Shown: piece after piece, positions 21,260 through 29,980 of the stretch
How the letters are laid out: the number at the start of each line of letters is the position of its first letter
Numbering within the stretch: the first letter of the stretch is position 1
From: Candidatus Omnitrophota bacterium
GTDB taxonomy: Bacteria; Omnitrophota; Gorgyraeia; Duberdicusellales; 4484-171
NCBI GenBank assembly: GCA_037146775.1
Contig: JBAWWL010000008.1
Span: forward strand, 6,160-70,159
Direction of reading: 5' to 3'
DNA length: 64,000 bases
The notes under the pieces: generated by a model
Seen by the model: the letters and a program-made list of their open reading frames with translations, nothing else
Databases searched by the model: none
What the model was told of the DNA's origin: nothing
Program-made: the position numbers and the translations under genes

Positions 21260-22210
21260 ATGAATAAAAAAGTTTCTTTGATCCTAAAATTGGTTATTAC
21301 TGTGGGGATATTGTTCGTGCTTTTCCGGCTTGTCCCTTATCATGAATTACTCGATGTATATCGGCGATCCAATAAAGTTTTTATTCTGTACGGGTTTCTT
21401 GTCAATGTCTTTATTTTTATGCTCACTATCTTTAGATGGAAACTTTTATTATCATCTTTGGGGATTAAAGCCTCCACGCATGAAGCGTTTTCTGCTTCTT
21501 TTTCCGGACTTTTCTTCAACCTTATCTTCCCTTCATTCGTTGCCGGGGATATCTTCCGTGGTTTCAGCATTTCTAACCGTCATGGCCAATCGCACAAGGT
21601 AGCTTCTTCGGTGTTGATGGATCGTTTTAGCGGTGCCTTCGGATTAACCATAGTGGCGTTGTTTTCTTTTATTTTTGGCAGGAAATTGCTGCCGCATGGT
21701 CAGATACTCATTGCGCTTTTTATATTGTGTGCGATCGTGGGTTTTGTATCGCTTTTAATTTTTAGTAAAACATTTTTTTCTTTTTTTGCCAGGATATTTA
21801 AGAAAGGTTCTCCTCTGAAAGAGAAAGTTGTTAGTTTCCACGATCAGCTTTATTTCTTCAGAAAAAATCCGAAAGTTTTCCTGAAAAGTTTGTTAATTTC
21901 TGTTCCGGTGCAGGCCTTAGTTGCGGTAATGTTTTTTATTACTTCCAAGGCTTTTGATTTGCATGTGAGTATTATGTATTTTTTTATTTTGGTGCCTCTC
22001 ATTATGATGATTGCGCTTATCCCTATTACTATCGGTGGAATAGGAACGAGAGAGGCGGCGGTGGTTTATTTTTTCTCTTTTGTGGGCATAGCGAAGAGTG
22101 TAAGCTTGGGGCTCTCGCTTCTTAACCTGGCTTTCGGTATCATCTTGGGCTTATTTGGAGGAATCTTCTATGTTACTGTACATCATCGACGGCTTCAACC
22201 TCGTTCATAA
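21260..22210 (+). CDS. Flippase-like membrane protein (LPG synthase TM / UPF0104 family)
   Basis: RWKLLL, FFNLIFPS..GD, PITIGGIGTRE. Confidence 0.88.
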   Translation: MNKKVSLILKLVITVGILFVLFRLVPYHELLDVYRRSNKVFILYGFLVNVFIFMLTIFRWKLLLSSLGIKASTHEAFSASFSGLFFNLIFPSFVAGDIFRGFSISNRHGQSHKVASSVLMDRFSGAFGLTIVALFSFIFGRKLLPHGQILIALFILCAIVGFVSLLIFSKTFFSFFARIFKKGSPLKEKVVSFHDQLYFFRKNPKVFLKSLLISVPVQALVAVMFFITSKAFDLHVSIMYFFILVPLIMMIALIPITIGGIGTREAAVVYFFSFVGIAKSVSLGLSLLNLAFGIILGLFGGIFYVTVHHRRLQPRS

Positions 22211-22619
22211 GGTGCCGGAATTAAAAACTTCAGATCAGCCGCACATTGGGCTTATCCGTTATATCAAAACCCATCGTTTGACCGGAAGTGTAACAAATAA
22301 AGTAACCATTGTTTTTGATGGTTTTCCCAGGCCGGAAGTTTTGATGGATAAAACGTACCAGATTATTTTCAGTCTTGAGCGCACGGCGGACGCGGTGATT
22401 AAAGAAAGAATCGCCAAGATAAAAAATAAATCACAAGTGGTCGTGGTAAGTGATGACCGAGAAATCAGGGATTGCGTGCGCCAAGAAAAAGCAACGTCGT
22501 TACGTACCTTTGATTTTTTGGATAGGAAGAAAGAAAAACGTTCGGTAGAAGAAAAAGAGATCAGTTACCCCCTGCAGCATGAAATTACCGAGGAATTGCG
22601 CAAAATCTGGCTTAAATAA
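22170..22619 (+). CDS. NYN-domain (YacP-like) ribonuclease (start reassigned to 22170)
   Basis: IIDGFNL, IVFDG, TADAVI, VVSDDRE. Confidence 0.88.
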   Translation: MLLYIIDGFNLVHKVPELKTSDQPHIGLIRYIKTHRLTGSVTNKVTIVFDGFPRPEVLMDKTYQIIFSLERTADAVIKERIAKIKNKSQVVVVSDDREIRDCVRQEKATSLRTFDFLDRKKEKRSVEEKEISYPLQHEITEELRKIWLK

Positions 22620-22622
22620 TGG

Positions 22623-22709
22623 CAAATGTCAAAATAAAAATGACAAATAATAAAGCTCAAATGACAAAACGAACAGTTTTGACATTTGAATTTTGTCATT
22701 TGAAATTTT
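22623..22709. repeat. CAAATGAC/CAAATGTC short-unit inverted repeat element
   Basis: CAAATGTCAAAA (22623) is the reverse complement of TTTTGACATTTG (22677); further copies lie on each arm. Confidence 0.75.
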
Positions 22710-22719
22710 CTGTACTCAT

Positions 22720-23484
22720 ATGAGTTTTATAAAATTCTTAGGAACAGCCGGTGCGAGATTCGTAATGATTAAGCAGTTACGTTCTTCCGGCGGCATGTGG
22801 CTGAGCCATAAGAAAACAAACATGATGATCGACCCCGGGCCGGGAGCTTTGGTGCGCTGTAATAGCGTCCGGCCAAAGCTTGACCCCGGAACGCTGGACG
22901 CTATTCTTCTGACACATAAACATCTTGACCATGCCGGCGACATCAACGCCATGATTGAGGCAATGACCGAAGGTGGTTTTAAGAAAAAGGGAACAATTTT
23001 TCTTCCGGCCGACGCACTAGGGGAGGATGGAGTTATTTTTTCCTATCTTAAAGACTTTCCCGAGCAGACAGTATTGCTTAAGAAAGGAAAATTTTGCATA
23101 GGTGATATTTCTTTTGAAATTCCGGTCAGGAATGATCATCCCTGTGAAACCTACGGTATAAAATTCTTTATTGGCGATACTATCGTTTCGCTGGTAGCGG
23201 ATACCGACTATTTTGATGAACTGATTAGTATCTATAAAGGTTCAACCGTGCTTATCCTGAATGTGGTATTCCATCAGAGGCGTGACGATATTAAACATTT
23301 GTGTCTTGAGGAAGCGATTGAGTTGATCAAGAAAATAAAGCCGCGCAAGGCGGTTATTACTCATTTTGGTATGAGTATGCTGAAGGCGAAACCGTATCTT
23401 TTAGAAGAAAAGCTTAAAGAAGAACTGCAGGCAGATATTGTATTTGCGCGCGACGGGATGAAGCTGGAATTGTCTTTAGAGTGA
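22720..23484 (+). CDS. MBL-fold metallo-hydrolase (start reassigned to 22720)
   Basis: FLGTAG, DPGPG, THKHLDH, THFG. Confidence 0.9.
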   Translation: MSFIKFLGTAGARFVMIKQLRSSGGMWLSHKKTNMMIDPGPGALVRCNSVRPKLDPGTLDAILLTHKHLDHAGDINAMIEAMTEGGFKKKGTIFLPADALGEDGVIFSYLKDFPEQTVLLKKGKFCIGDISFEIPVRNDHPCETYGIKFFIGDTIVSLVADTDYFDELISIYKGSTVLILNVVFHQRRDDIKHLCLEEAIELIKKIKPRKAVITHFGMSMLKAKPYLLEEKLKEELQADIVFARDGMKLELSLE

Positions 23485-23573
23485 GCGGGTGGATTCTTTT
23501 TTTGATGTTTTGCACTTTACACATGTCTGCAAAAAAAATTGATTTTTTTATATAAAAATGTATACTGACACAT

Positions 23574-24623
23574 ATGCCAAGATCAACTAAGAAAAAATTT
23601 GAGCGCATAACTATCAAGTCCGAGTCAGGTAGAGAAAAAGAGCCGGTCAAAATCACCGTTATCGATTACGATGAGGCAAACTTTCAGCAGAAGGAAGTTT
23701 CTTCGGTCGAAGAATGTTTTATTTTCAGAGACAGGCCTACAATAACCTGGATCAATGTTGATGGTATCCATAAGCCAGGGGTTATCGAAAAACTTGCCAA
23801 CTGTTTCTGTCTGCATCCTTTAATTATCGAAGATATATGTGATGTTGATCAGCGGCCAAAATTCGAGGATTTAGGCAGCTATATCTATATCGTTATAAAA
23901 ATGCTTTCTTATGAAGCGGAAAACAGCGAAATAAAGATTGAGCAGATGAGCCTTGTTTTAGGTAATAATTTTGTTCTTTCTTTTCAGGAGACGGTAGGCG
24001 ATGTTTTTGGGCCTATCCGGGATCGCATCAAAAATAGTAAAGGCCGCCACCGTAAAATGGGCGCAGATTATCTGGCATATTCCTTGATAGATGCAATAGT
24101 AGATAACTATTTCAACATCCTCGATGAGTTCGGTGAGCGCATTGAGTTTCTTGAAGAAGAGATAATTTCCAGGCCCGATCAGCAGGTTTTAAAAGAGGTC
24201 TATAACCTTAAAAGGGAGATTATTTTTCTGCGTAAGTCTATTTGGCCGCTGAGAGAACTTGTGCGTTCCCTTGAACGCATTGAATCAGCGTTAATCAGGG
24301 ATACCACGCGAATTTATTTGAGAGATATTTATGACCATGTAATACAGATCAGCGATTCGATGGAGGTTTCCAGGGAAATGCTTACGGCTATGATTGAAAT
24401 GTATCTATCCAGTCTAAGTAATAAGCTTAATGAAGTAATGAAGGTTTTGACGGTTATCGCCACAATATTCATGCCTCTTACTTTTATTACCGGTATTTTT
24501 GGGATGAATTTTAAATATATTCCCGGTTTAGAGCGGTTTTGGGGTTTTCCTGCCGCCTTATTGATTATGCTTATCGTGGCTTTGTTTATGATAAGATATT
24601 TTCAGAGGAACCGGTGGATATAG
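23574..24623 (+). CDS. corA: Magnesium/cobalt transporter CorA
   Basis: LHPLIIEDI, QRPK, MPLTFITGIFGMNF. Confidence 0.96.
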   Translation: MPRSTKKKFERITIKSESGREKEPVKITVIDYDEANFQQKEVSSVEECFIFRDRPTITWINVDGIHKPGVIEKLANCFCLHPLIIEDICDVDQRPKFEDLGSYIYIVIKMLSYEAENSEIKIEQMSLVLGNNFVLSFQETVGDVFGPIRDRIKNSKGRHRKMGADYLAYSLIDAIVDNYFNILDEFGERIEFLEEEIISRPDQQVLKEVYNLKREIIFLRKSIWPLRELVRSLERIESALIRDTTRIYLRDIYDHVIQISDSMEVSREMLTAMIEMYLSSLSNKLNEVMKVLTVIATIFMPLTFITGIFGMNFKYIPGLERFWGFPAALLIMLIVALFMIRYFQRNRWI

Positions 24624-24630
24624 TAATAAA

Positions 24631-24738
24631 CAGAGGACAGATGACAGAAAACAGAAGACAGAGGAGATAAGGCAGATTTTTGACTTCTGACACCTATTTT
24701 CTGACTTCTGATATCTGACGTCTGACTTCTGACATCTG
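24631..24738. repeat. Inverted heptamer (CAGARRA) tandem repeat element
   Basis: CAGAGGA CAGATGA CAGAAAA CAGAAGA CAGAGGA arm followed by a complementary TCTGACT/TCTGACA arm. Confidence 0.85.
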
Positions 24739-24754
24739 TTTTAATTTGGTAATC

Positions 24755-24842
24755 GGCCCCATCGTCTTCCCGCCTGCACCCACGGTAGTGGGTTCGGCGG
24801 GATCCCGCAGAATCCGCGATAGCGGATGCATGCGGGAAGCTT
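24755..24842 (+). mobile_element. Duplicated tRNA-Glu 5' fragment interrupted by a 70-bp double-hairpin insert
   Basis: GGCCCCATCGTCT[24768-24837]AGCTT equals the first 18 nt of the tRNA at 25140; the insert is TCCCGCC..GGCGGGA plus TCCCGCA..TGCGGGA. Confidence 0.75.
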
Positions 24843-24873
24843 AACGCTTACTGTTAGTAAGATTAAAATTATA

Positions 24874-25164
24874 ATGTGGTATGTTTATATCATCCAGAAT
24901 GATACAAACAAACGTTTTTATATAGGTTCAACCAATAATATAACCCGAAGGTTAGCCGAACATAATAGAAGCAAGAAGTGCTCTGTTACTCATTTCGGAA
25001 AATACTTTTTGATTCATCAAGAAGAATTTTCGAATATTAAAGAAGCAAGAGTGCGAGAACAGCAAATCAAATCGTATAAGGGCGGTAACGCATTCAAGAA
25101 ATTACTTCGCGAGCGCGCTGGCTTAAATATCATAAATACGGCCCCATCGTCTAGCTTGGTCTAG
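24874..25164 (+). CDS. Stand-alone GIY-YIG nuclease (UPF0213-like); 3' end overlaps the tRNA
   Basis: MWYVYII..FYIGST.N..RRL.EHN..EA..RE..IK; likely start at ATG 24874. Confidence 0.9.
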   Translation: MWYVYIIQNDTNKRFYIGSTNNITRRLAEHNRSKKCSVTHFGKYFLIHQEEFSNIKEARVREQQIKSYKGGNAFKKLLRERAGLNIINTAPSSSLV

Positions 25165-25214
25165 GATGTCAGCTTCTCAAGCTGAACACACCGGTTCAAA
25201 TCCGGTTGGGGCTG
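25140..25214 (+). tRNA. tRNA-Glu (anticodon CTC), CCA not encoded
   Basis: Acceptor stem GGCCCCA/TGGGGCT; anticodon arm TCAGC-TTCTCAA-GCTGA; T arm CCGG-TTCAAAT-CCGG. Confidence 0.93.
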
Positions 25215-25227
25215 TTTTTATAATTCA

Positions 25228-25258
25228 ATCCCTCTACTTACATAGAGGGATTTTTTAT
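25228..25258 (+). terminator. Intrinsic terminator after the tRNA
   Basis: AATCCCTCTA-CTTACA-TAGAGGGATT followed by a T-run. Confidence 0.8.
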
Positions 25259-25575
25259 TGATACTGATCACGGTAGTTTTGCATCTGTTTCCCCGTATAT
25301 TAACCAAAAGCTTTATGCTAAATCCCTTGAAGGTGAGATGTCTTGGAGTATAATATCACTCGAAAGGTCATTGAAAAATAATTGATTTAACTTACGATAT
25401 ATATAGATATAATATTTACACCCTGTGGAGGTTTGCTCTCGGCTCATACGAAAATACATAATTTTGCGGCGTACGATTCTTTTTTCTAAAGTTAAAGTTG
25501 CTGCGTTTTCCTTTGTTGTTTGTTTTAGGGAGCTGTAATATAGCTTAATTAGAAACAGAAAGCTAACGAAGGGGG

Positions 25576-26388
25576 GTGAGTATGTTGGTAAGGATATTTA
25601 TTATTGGGGCGTTGTTGGCGGTGTTTCTGGTTACGGCTGCCGATAATGCGCCGGCTCAACAGCAGGCGCAGGGAGGGTCTCCGGCATTGGCAGAAGTCAG
25701 CCCGCCGGTTGTGCATCAGCGCGCTCTCAGTGTGCTCAAGCGTATGAGCGATACTCTTTCTCAGGCAAAGACAATCCGTTTTAGCGCCCGCAGCATAGTG
25801 CCCGTAAGAACTCCGTCAGGGATGTGGGCCAGTCTTTATGGGACTTCGCGGGTAGTCAAGGAAGGCGCCAGCAAGCTTTTTGCCCAAACGCGGGGAGATT
25901 TTTTTCCGTATGATTTCTATTTTAACGGCACGACGATAACGGCTTATTCGCCTACGAAGAATTTATATGCCGAGAGAAATGAGCCCGGCACGGTAAATAA
26001 CCTGATTGAAAATGCTTACAAAGAAGAGGGCAGATCATTTCCGTATGCTGATATACTTGTTGCCGAGCCTTACAGCGTTTTGACCGAAGGTTTGATAAAT
26101 GCCGTATACGTCGGACAGTCGGTGATTGATGGTGTTAAGACCGACCATCTGGCTTTTTCGAATAAGGGAGTCCAATGGCAGATATGGGTTGGCGTCCAAG
26201 ATCATTTGCCGCGTTTGGTGGATGCGACATATCTTGATGACGCCAGCGAGCCCAGCTATACGGTTGAGTTTTCTGACTGGAAACTTAACGAGCCTGTGGA
26301 GGCAGGGCAGTTTATTTTTAAAAATAAATCAAAGGCGGTAAAGGTCGAGTTCCGTAAGCCTGCTGCATTCTGGCCGCGGCAGTCTTGA
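25576..26388 (+). CDS. Periplasmic DUF2092-like (LolA-fold) protein
   Basis: Signal peptide; ALSVLKRMSD.L, HLAF....V.WQIW, F.DW.LN. Confidence 0.8.
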   Translation: MSMLVRIFIIGALLAVFLVTAADNAPAQQQAQGGSPALAEVSPPVVHQRALSVLKRMSDTLSQAKTIRFSARSIVPVRTPSGMWASLYGTSRVVKEGASKLFAQTRGDFFPYDFYFNGTTITAYSPTKNLYAERNEPGTVNNLIENAYKEEGRSFPYADILVAEPYSVLTEGLINAVYVGQSVIDGVKTDHLAFSNKGVQWQIWVGVQDHLPRLVDATYLDDASEPSYTVEFSDWKLNEPVEAGQFIFKNKSKAVKVEFRKPAAFWPRQS

Positions 26389-26426
26389 GAGAAGAAAAAG
26401 CGGAGATATTACCGGAGGAGTATGTT

Positions 26427-26942
26427 ATGAAAAAGATAAAAATAACGATTATAGCCGTTGCGGCTGTAGCAATGGTTTTCTTTGGCGCGCACGATGTGCT
26501 AGCGCGCGGTGGAGGTGGAGGGCACATGGGAGGCGGCGGCGGCGGTGGCTGGCACGGCGGAGGAGGCGGTGGCGGCGAGCACGGTGGCGGTGGCGGCGGG
26601 CACGGACAAGGCGGCCACAGGCATAATAACAATAATAATTATTACTATGGCGGCGGCGGGTGGGGTTACGGATTTGATGATGAAGCTGTAGTCAACGTGG
26701 ATTTGGATACTGATTCACGGCCGTCTACTGTTGTGGTGGAGCAGCCTACTACCGAAGTAGTCCAGCAGCCTGTACCAACAGCAGATGCGCCTGTCGGAGC
26801 TCAGGTGACAATGCTTCCTTCCGGAGCTGAGGGCAGGATTATCGGCGGCGCGCAATTTTATATAAGCGGTAATACCTGGTATAAGCCGTATTTCGGTGCA
26901 AGCGGCGTATATTATGAGGTTGTATCTCCTCCGAACACTTAG
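26427..26942 (+). CDS. Secreted Gly-rich protein with DUF6515-like C-terminus (start reassigned to 26427)
   Basis: RBS GGAGGAG, signal peptide, ARGGGGG tract, C-terminal LPSG..WYKP..YEVV.PP. Confidence 0.7.
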   Translation: MKKIKITIIAVAAVAMVFFGAHDVLARGGGGGHMGGGGGGGWHGGGGGGGEHGGGGGGHGQGGHRHNNNNNYYYGGGGWGYGFDDEAVVNVDLDTDSRPSTVVVEQPTTEVVQQPVPTADAPVGAQVTMLPSGAEGRIIGGAQFYISGNTWYKPYFGASGVYYEVVSPPNT

Positions 26943-26977
26943 AGGATGTTGCCTTTGTTTATAAGAAAATCAAATTC

Positions 26978-27142
26978 ATGAATAATATCATTGCGCGTAT
27001 CAGGAAAGAGCTCTTAGAGGTGCTGCCGGCGTTTATCTTCTTTGTTGTTATGTTCCACATCCTTATGGTTACAAGGGCGCTGACGCTTGTAATGCTCCCT
27101 ATTAGCCAAGGAGGTTTTAAGTTAGAAACGGCTTTTTGTTAA
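26978..27142 (+). pseudogene. Probable truncated membrane-protein gene (N-terminal fragment)
   Basis: MNNIIARIRKELLEVLPAFIFFVVMFHILMVTRALTL looks like a real N-terminus, then stops at 54 aa as the sequence turns AT-rich. Confidence 0.5.
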
Positions 27143-27321
27143 GATGCGTCTAGCGCAAAAATATAACCGGTTTTTAGGTAAGGAAAACGAACTTTCAAAA
27201 ACCTTAGATAGTTAAAATAAACTAATAAAGGGTAGCAAATTATGAATGTCCGCCTCTAAAGGGTGGACATTCTACATCTATTTACCTGTAAAATAGTTAC
27301 ACAATTTCAGCTTCAGAAATG

Positions 27322-27458
27322 CCGGACAAAACGGATCCTCCTTCGCTAAAGCTTCGGAGGGCAGGCATCCTTTGGCGAGGGATTGCTTCTCAAATCAGCA
27401 ATTTTCTTAATAATTTCCATATTTACCATACAACTGTTACCTATATAATATAGAGAGG
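27322..27458 (+). repeat. 137-bp perfect direct repeat, copy 1
   Basis: Identical to 28545-28681 by direct comparison. Confidence 0.92.
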
Positions 27459-27559
27459 ATACCTTGAGGCTAATGACCAAGCCCTGCCCTTAAATTCTCT
27501 CTTAGCCAAAAGAGAGAGGCGAATAGCCATGATTACTTAAGGTGATCATGGCATTTTTT
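27452..27559 (+). ncRNA. Candidate structured small RNA, copy 1
   Basis: TTTACC-N16-TATAAT upstream; three hairpins ending in GCCATGATTAC/GTGATCATGGC plus T-run; no substantial ORF. Confidence 0.55.
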
Positions 27560-27736
27560 ATCTTTCGATTTTTCAAAGAGTTAGGGCGTTATTGCCAAAT
27601 CATTCTTCTGCGGAAGCTCATTACACGACACCTGTGTGTAAAATTTCTTACAAGTAAGCCAAAAATGACCGGACAAAACAATTCTATAAAGTATTTGAGT
27701 TAGATTAGCATAGCGATTCGTATTTATTTTTTCGCC

Positions 27737-27765
27737 TTGACATTATGTATCAAATATGATACATT
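27737..27765 (+). promoter_or_regulatory. TA promoter with overlapping operator palindrome
   Basis: TTGACA-N17-TACATT; ATGTATCA-AATA-TGATACAT at 27745-27764. Confidence 0.75.
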
Positions 27766-27789
27766 TAATACGGAAATAAGAAAGAGCCG

Positions 27790-28161
27790 ATGTTGAATTA
27801 CTACGAAAGTTTTCTGGTTTATAAAGGCGAACATTACAGCATATATTTCCATGCTGAAAGTAAAAATTCGTCTATTGTGAATGAATATTTCGAACATTGT
27901 GATGATGCTACCCAGGCTAGCCTATTGTTTCTTGCGAAGGCCATGGCCGATACAGGCCGTATTTATGATGAAACTAAATTTCGTATTGAGGATAAGCAAA
28001 ATAAGATTTATTGTTTTAAGCCAAGGCAGGAACGTTTTTTCTGCTTCTTTTTCGTCGGCAAAAAGATAATAATTACTTCGGCTTATACGAAAAAAAAGCA
28101 GAAGCTTGATAAGCGAGAACTTAACAGAGCAATAGAAATTCGTAAACAATATTTCATCTAA
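27790..28161 (+). CDS. Type II toxin, RelE/ParE (Gp49/HigB-like)
   Basis: IYCFK...RFFCFF...KIIITSAYTKK.QK....EL.RA; lies upstream of an HTH gene. Confidence 0.85.
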   Translation: MLNYYESFLVYKGEHYSIYFHAESKNSSIVNEYFEHCDDATQASLLFLAKAMADTGRIYDETKFRIEDKQNKIYCFKPRQERFFCFFFVGKKIIITSAYTKKKQKLDKRELNRAIEIRKQYFI

Positions 28162-28172
28162 CACTAGGAGGT

Positions 28173-28448
28173 ATGAATATGAAAAAGTCGATATTCGATA
28201 AAAAGATGGGAAACAAGAGATTTAAAGCTATATATGACGAAGTAGCTATTGAGATGGGTATAGGAGAGCAGATTGCAAAACTAAGGCACAAAGCAAAAAT
28301 GAGCCAATTGGAGCTAGCCAGAAAAGTGGATACCAACCGGACTACCATATCGCGTTATGAAAGTAGAATGTATAACCGCTACAATTTGAGCACGTTATTA
28401 AGAATCGGAAGAGCGCTACATAAGAAATTAAAGATATCTTATGTATAA
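28173..28448 (+). CDS. XRE-family HTH antitoxin (HigA-like)
   Basis: LRHKAKMSQLELARKVDTNRTTISRYE. Confidence 0.88.
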   Translation: MNMKKSIFDKKMGNKRFKAIYDEVAIEMGIGEQIAKLRHKAKMSQLELARKVDTNRTTISRYESRMYNRYNLSTLLRIGRALHKKLKISYV

Positions 28449-28544
28449 AATTTTCTTTATACCTAAAATGTCCAGCCAAAGCAAGACGGGCAAAATTTAA
28501 CTTTTAGTTACTCAAAGAGTTATACAATTTCCAGCTAAAAATGA

Positions 28545-28681
28545 CCGGACAAAACGGATCCTCCTTCGCTAAAGCTTCGGAGGGCAGGCATCCTTTGGCG
28601 AGGGATTGCTTCTCAAATCAGCAATTTTCTTAATAATTTCCATATTTACCATACAACTGTTACCTATATAATATAGAGAGG
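28545..28681 (+). repeat. 137-bp perfect direct repeat, copy 2
   Basis: Identical to 27322-27458. Confidence 0.92.
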
Positions 28682-28785
28682 TTATCTTAGGGGTAACAGC
28701 TAAGCCCTGCCATATAATTCTCTCTCTTGGCTAAAAGAGAGAGGTGAGTAGTCATGATTGTTAAATACGATCATGGCTATTTTTA
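28675..28785 (+). ncRNA. Candidate structured small RNA, copy 2
   Basis: Diverged paralog of 27452-27559 with compensatory changes in the terminator stem. Confidence 0.55.
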
Positions 28786-29026
28786 TGTCTTAGAAAAAAT
28801 AATGAGGTCAGCCCTTGAAATGCGAAGTGTTTTAGCTCATTAGTTCTTAAGCTCATGAGTTTACGCGAGCTTTAGCTTGCAGTGTCAGGTGCCTGCGGCG
28901 GAAAAGCTGAAGAATCAAACTAACTTCTACCTTGACCACTTCACCTCCCGGCAGTAAAATACCCGCAACTTTCAACCAAATAACCGTTTCCATTATGGAG
29001 GTTGAAAATAGTTTTAATTAGTGCAT

Positions 29027-29980
29027 ATGAAAAAATATTTTCTTGCTGCATTTGTATGTGTTAACCTATTATCCGGTTTGACGTTTAACGCAATTGCTGC
29101 TCAATCTGAACAGAATTGGGAATTCAAGCTTGACTCCAAATATTTTTTCGCAAGCCATACCTCTTATCAATTCGGCAACCCATATATCGGTAGCGATATG
29201 CCATTAAGTCGGCTGGAATTTCCTATCAATAATCTTTGGATGGGCGCAGGCTTGAGGCGTAATTTTGCGCGCTATTCCATAGGGATTAACGCTTTGTCCA
29301 GTGCAATGCGTAATACCCGTGGTCGAATGAAGGATTCAGACTGGGAAAATACGGATGATCTTAGCGAAAGAACCATTTTTTCTACTTCAGCCAACCGCAT
29401 GAATTACGGCATTATAGCCGGCGGCGATGTTGATTTAAAAGTTTCTGATTGGCTTAATTTTGCGCCAAGCTTAGATATCCGGCCGCTTGTCGGTTTTCAG
29501 TGGCAGAAATTTTCTTTTACGGTACATGACGGCGTTCAGCACTATTATAGCCCGTCTGCACCTGATGACCCGCTTCCAGGAAATCTTTTAGATTTTGAGC
29601 AGGTTTATTGGCAGTATTTTGCAGGCTTTCGCAGCTCCTGGGATATGGGTCGGCCGTTTAAACTGCCTCCGCTTAAATTACTCACCGAATTTCACGGAGG
29701 CTATGTCACAGGCTACAATAAAGATCATCATTTACTTAAAGGTGACCGCTATACCTTTGAAACGACTGACGGATATTGTTTCTACGCTTCTTTAGGCTTA
29801 GAAGCGCAATTAACTAAAAATATCAGCTTAGGCACCGGCATTGATTATCTGATGATTAGGACAACCGGTAAGCATAATTGGCGGTATAATGCAGTTGGGG
29901 TAGATTCAATATGGAATAATGGAGTTAAAGTCTACTCAGACCAGATAGGCATTAACTTGAATTTGACATATAGATTCTAG
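29027..29980 (+). CDS. Omptin-family outer-membrane protease
   Basis: Signal peptide; LSRLEFP, MKDSDW (D-x-D), KDHH (D-x-H); C-terminal YRF beta-signal. Confidence 0.82.
   Translation: MKKYFLAAFVCVNLLSGLTFNAIAAQSEQNWEFKLDSKYFFASHTSYQFGNPYIGSDMPLSRLEFPINNLWMGAGLRRNFARYSIGINALSSAMRNTRGRMKDSDWENTDDLSERTIFSTSANRMNYGIIAGGDVDLKVSDWLNFAPSLDIRPLVGFQWQKFSFTVHDGVQHYYSPSAPDDPLPGNLLDFEQVYWQYFAGFRSSWDMGRPFKLPPLKLLTEFHGGYVTGYNKDHHLLKGDRYTFETTDGYCFYASLGLEAQLTKNISLGTGIDYLMIRTTGKHNWRYNAVGVDSIWNNGVKVYSDQIGINLNLTYRF

Noticed and set aside
24826-24873. N-terminal extension of the GIY-YIG ORF
   Set aside because: The upstream ATG lies inside the hairpin insert; the family motif starts at ATG 24874.
24755-25164. 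Group I intron or tRNA intron with homing endonuclease
   Set aside because: The downstream tRNA is complete on its own, the 5' part is duplicated rather than split, and there is no room for a ribozyme core.
26318-26632. Poly-Pro minus-strand ORF
   Set aside because: Antisense shadow of the Gly-rich (GGC) tract of the + strand gene.
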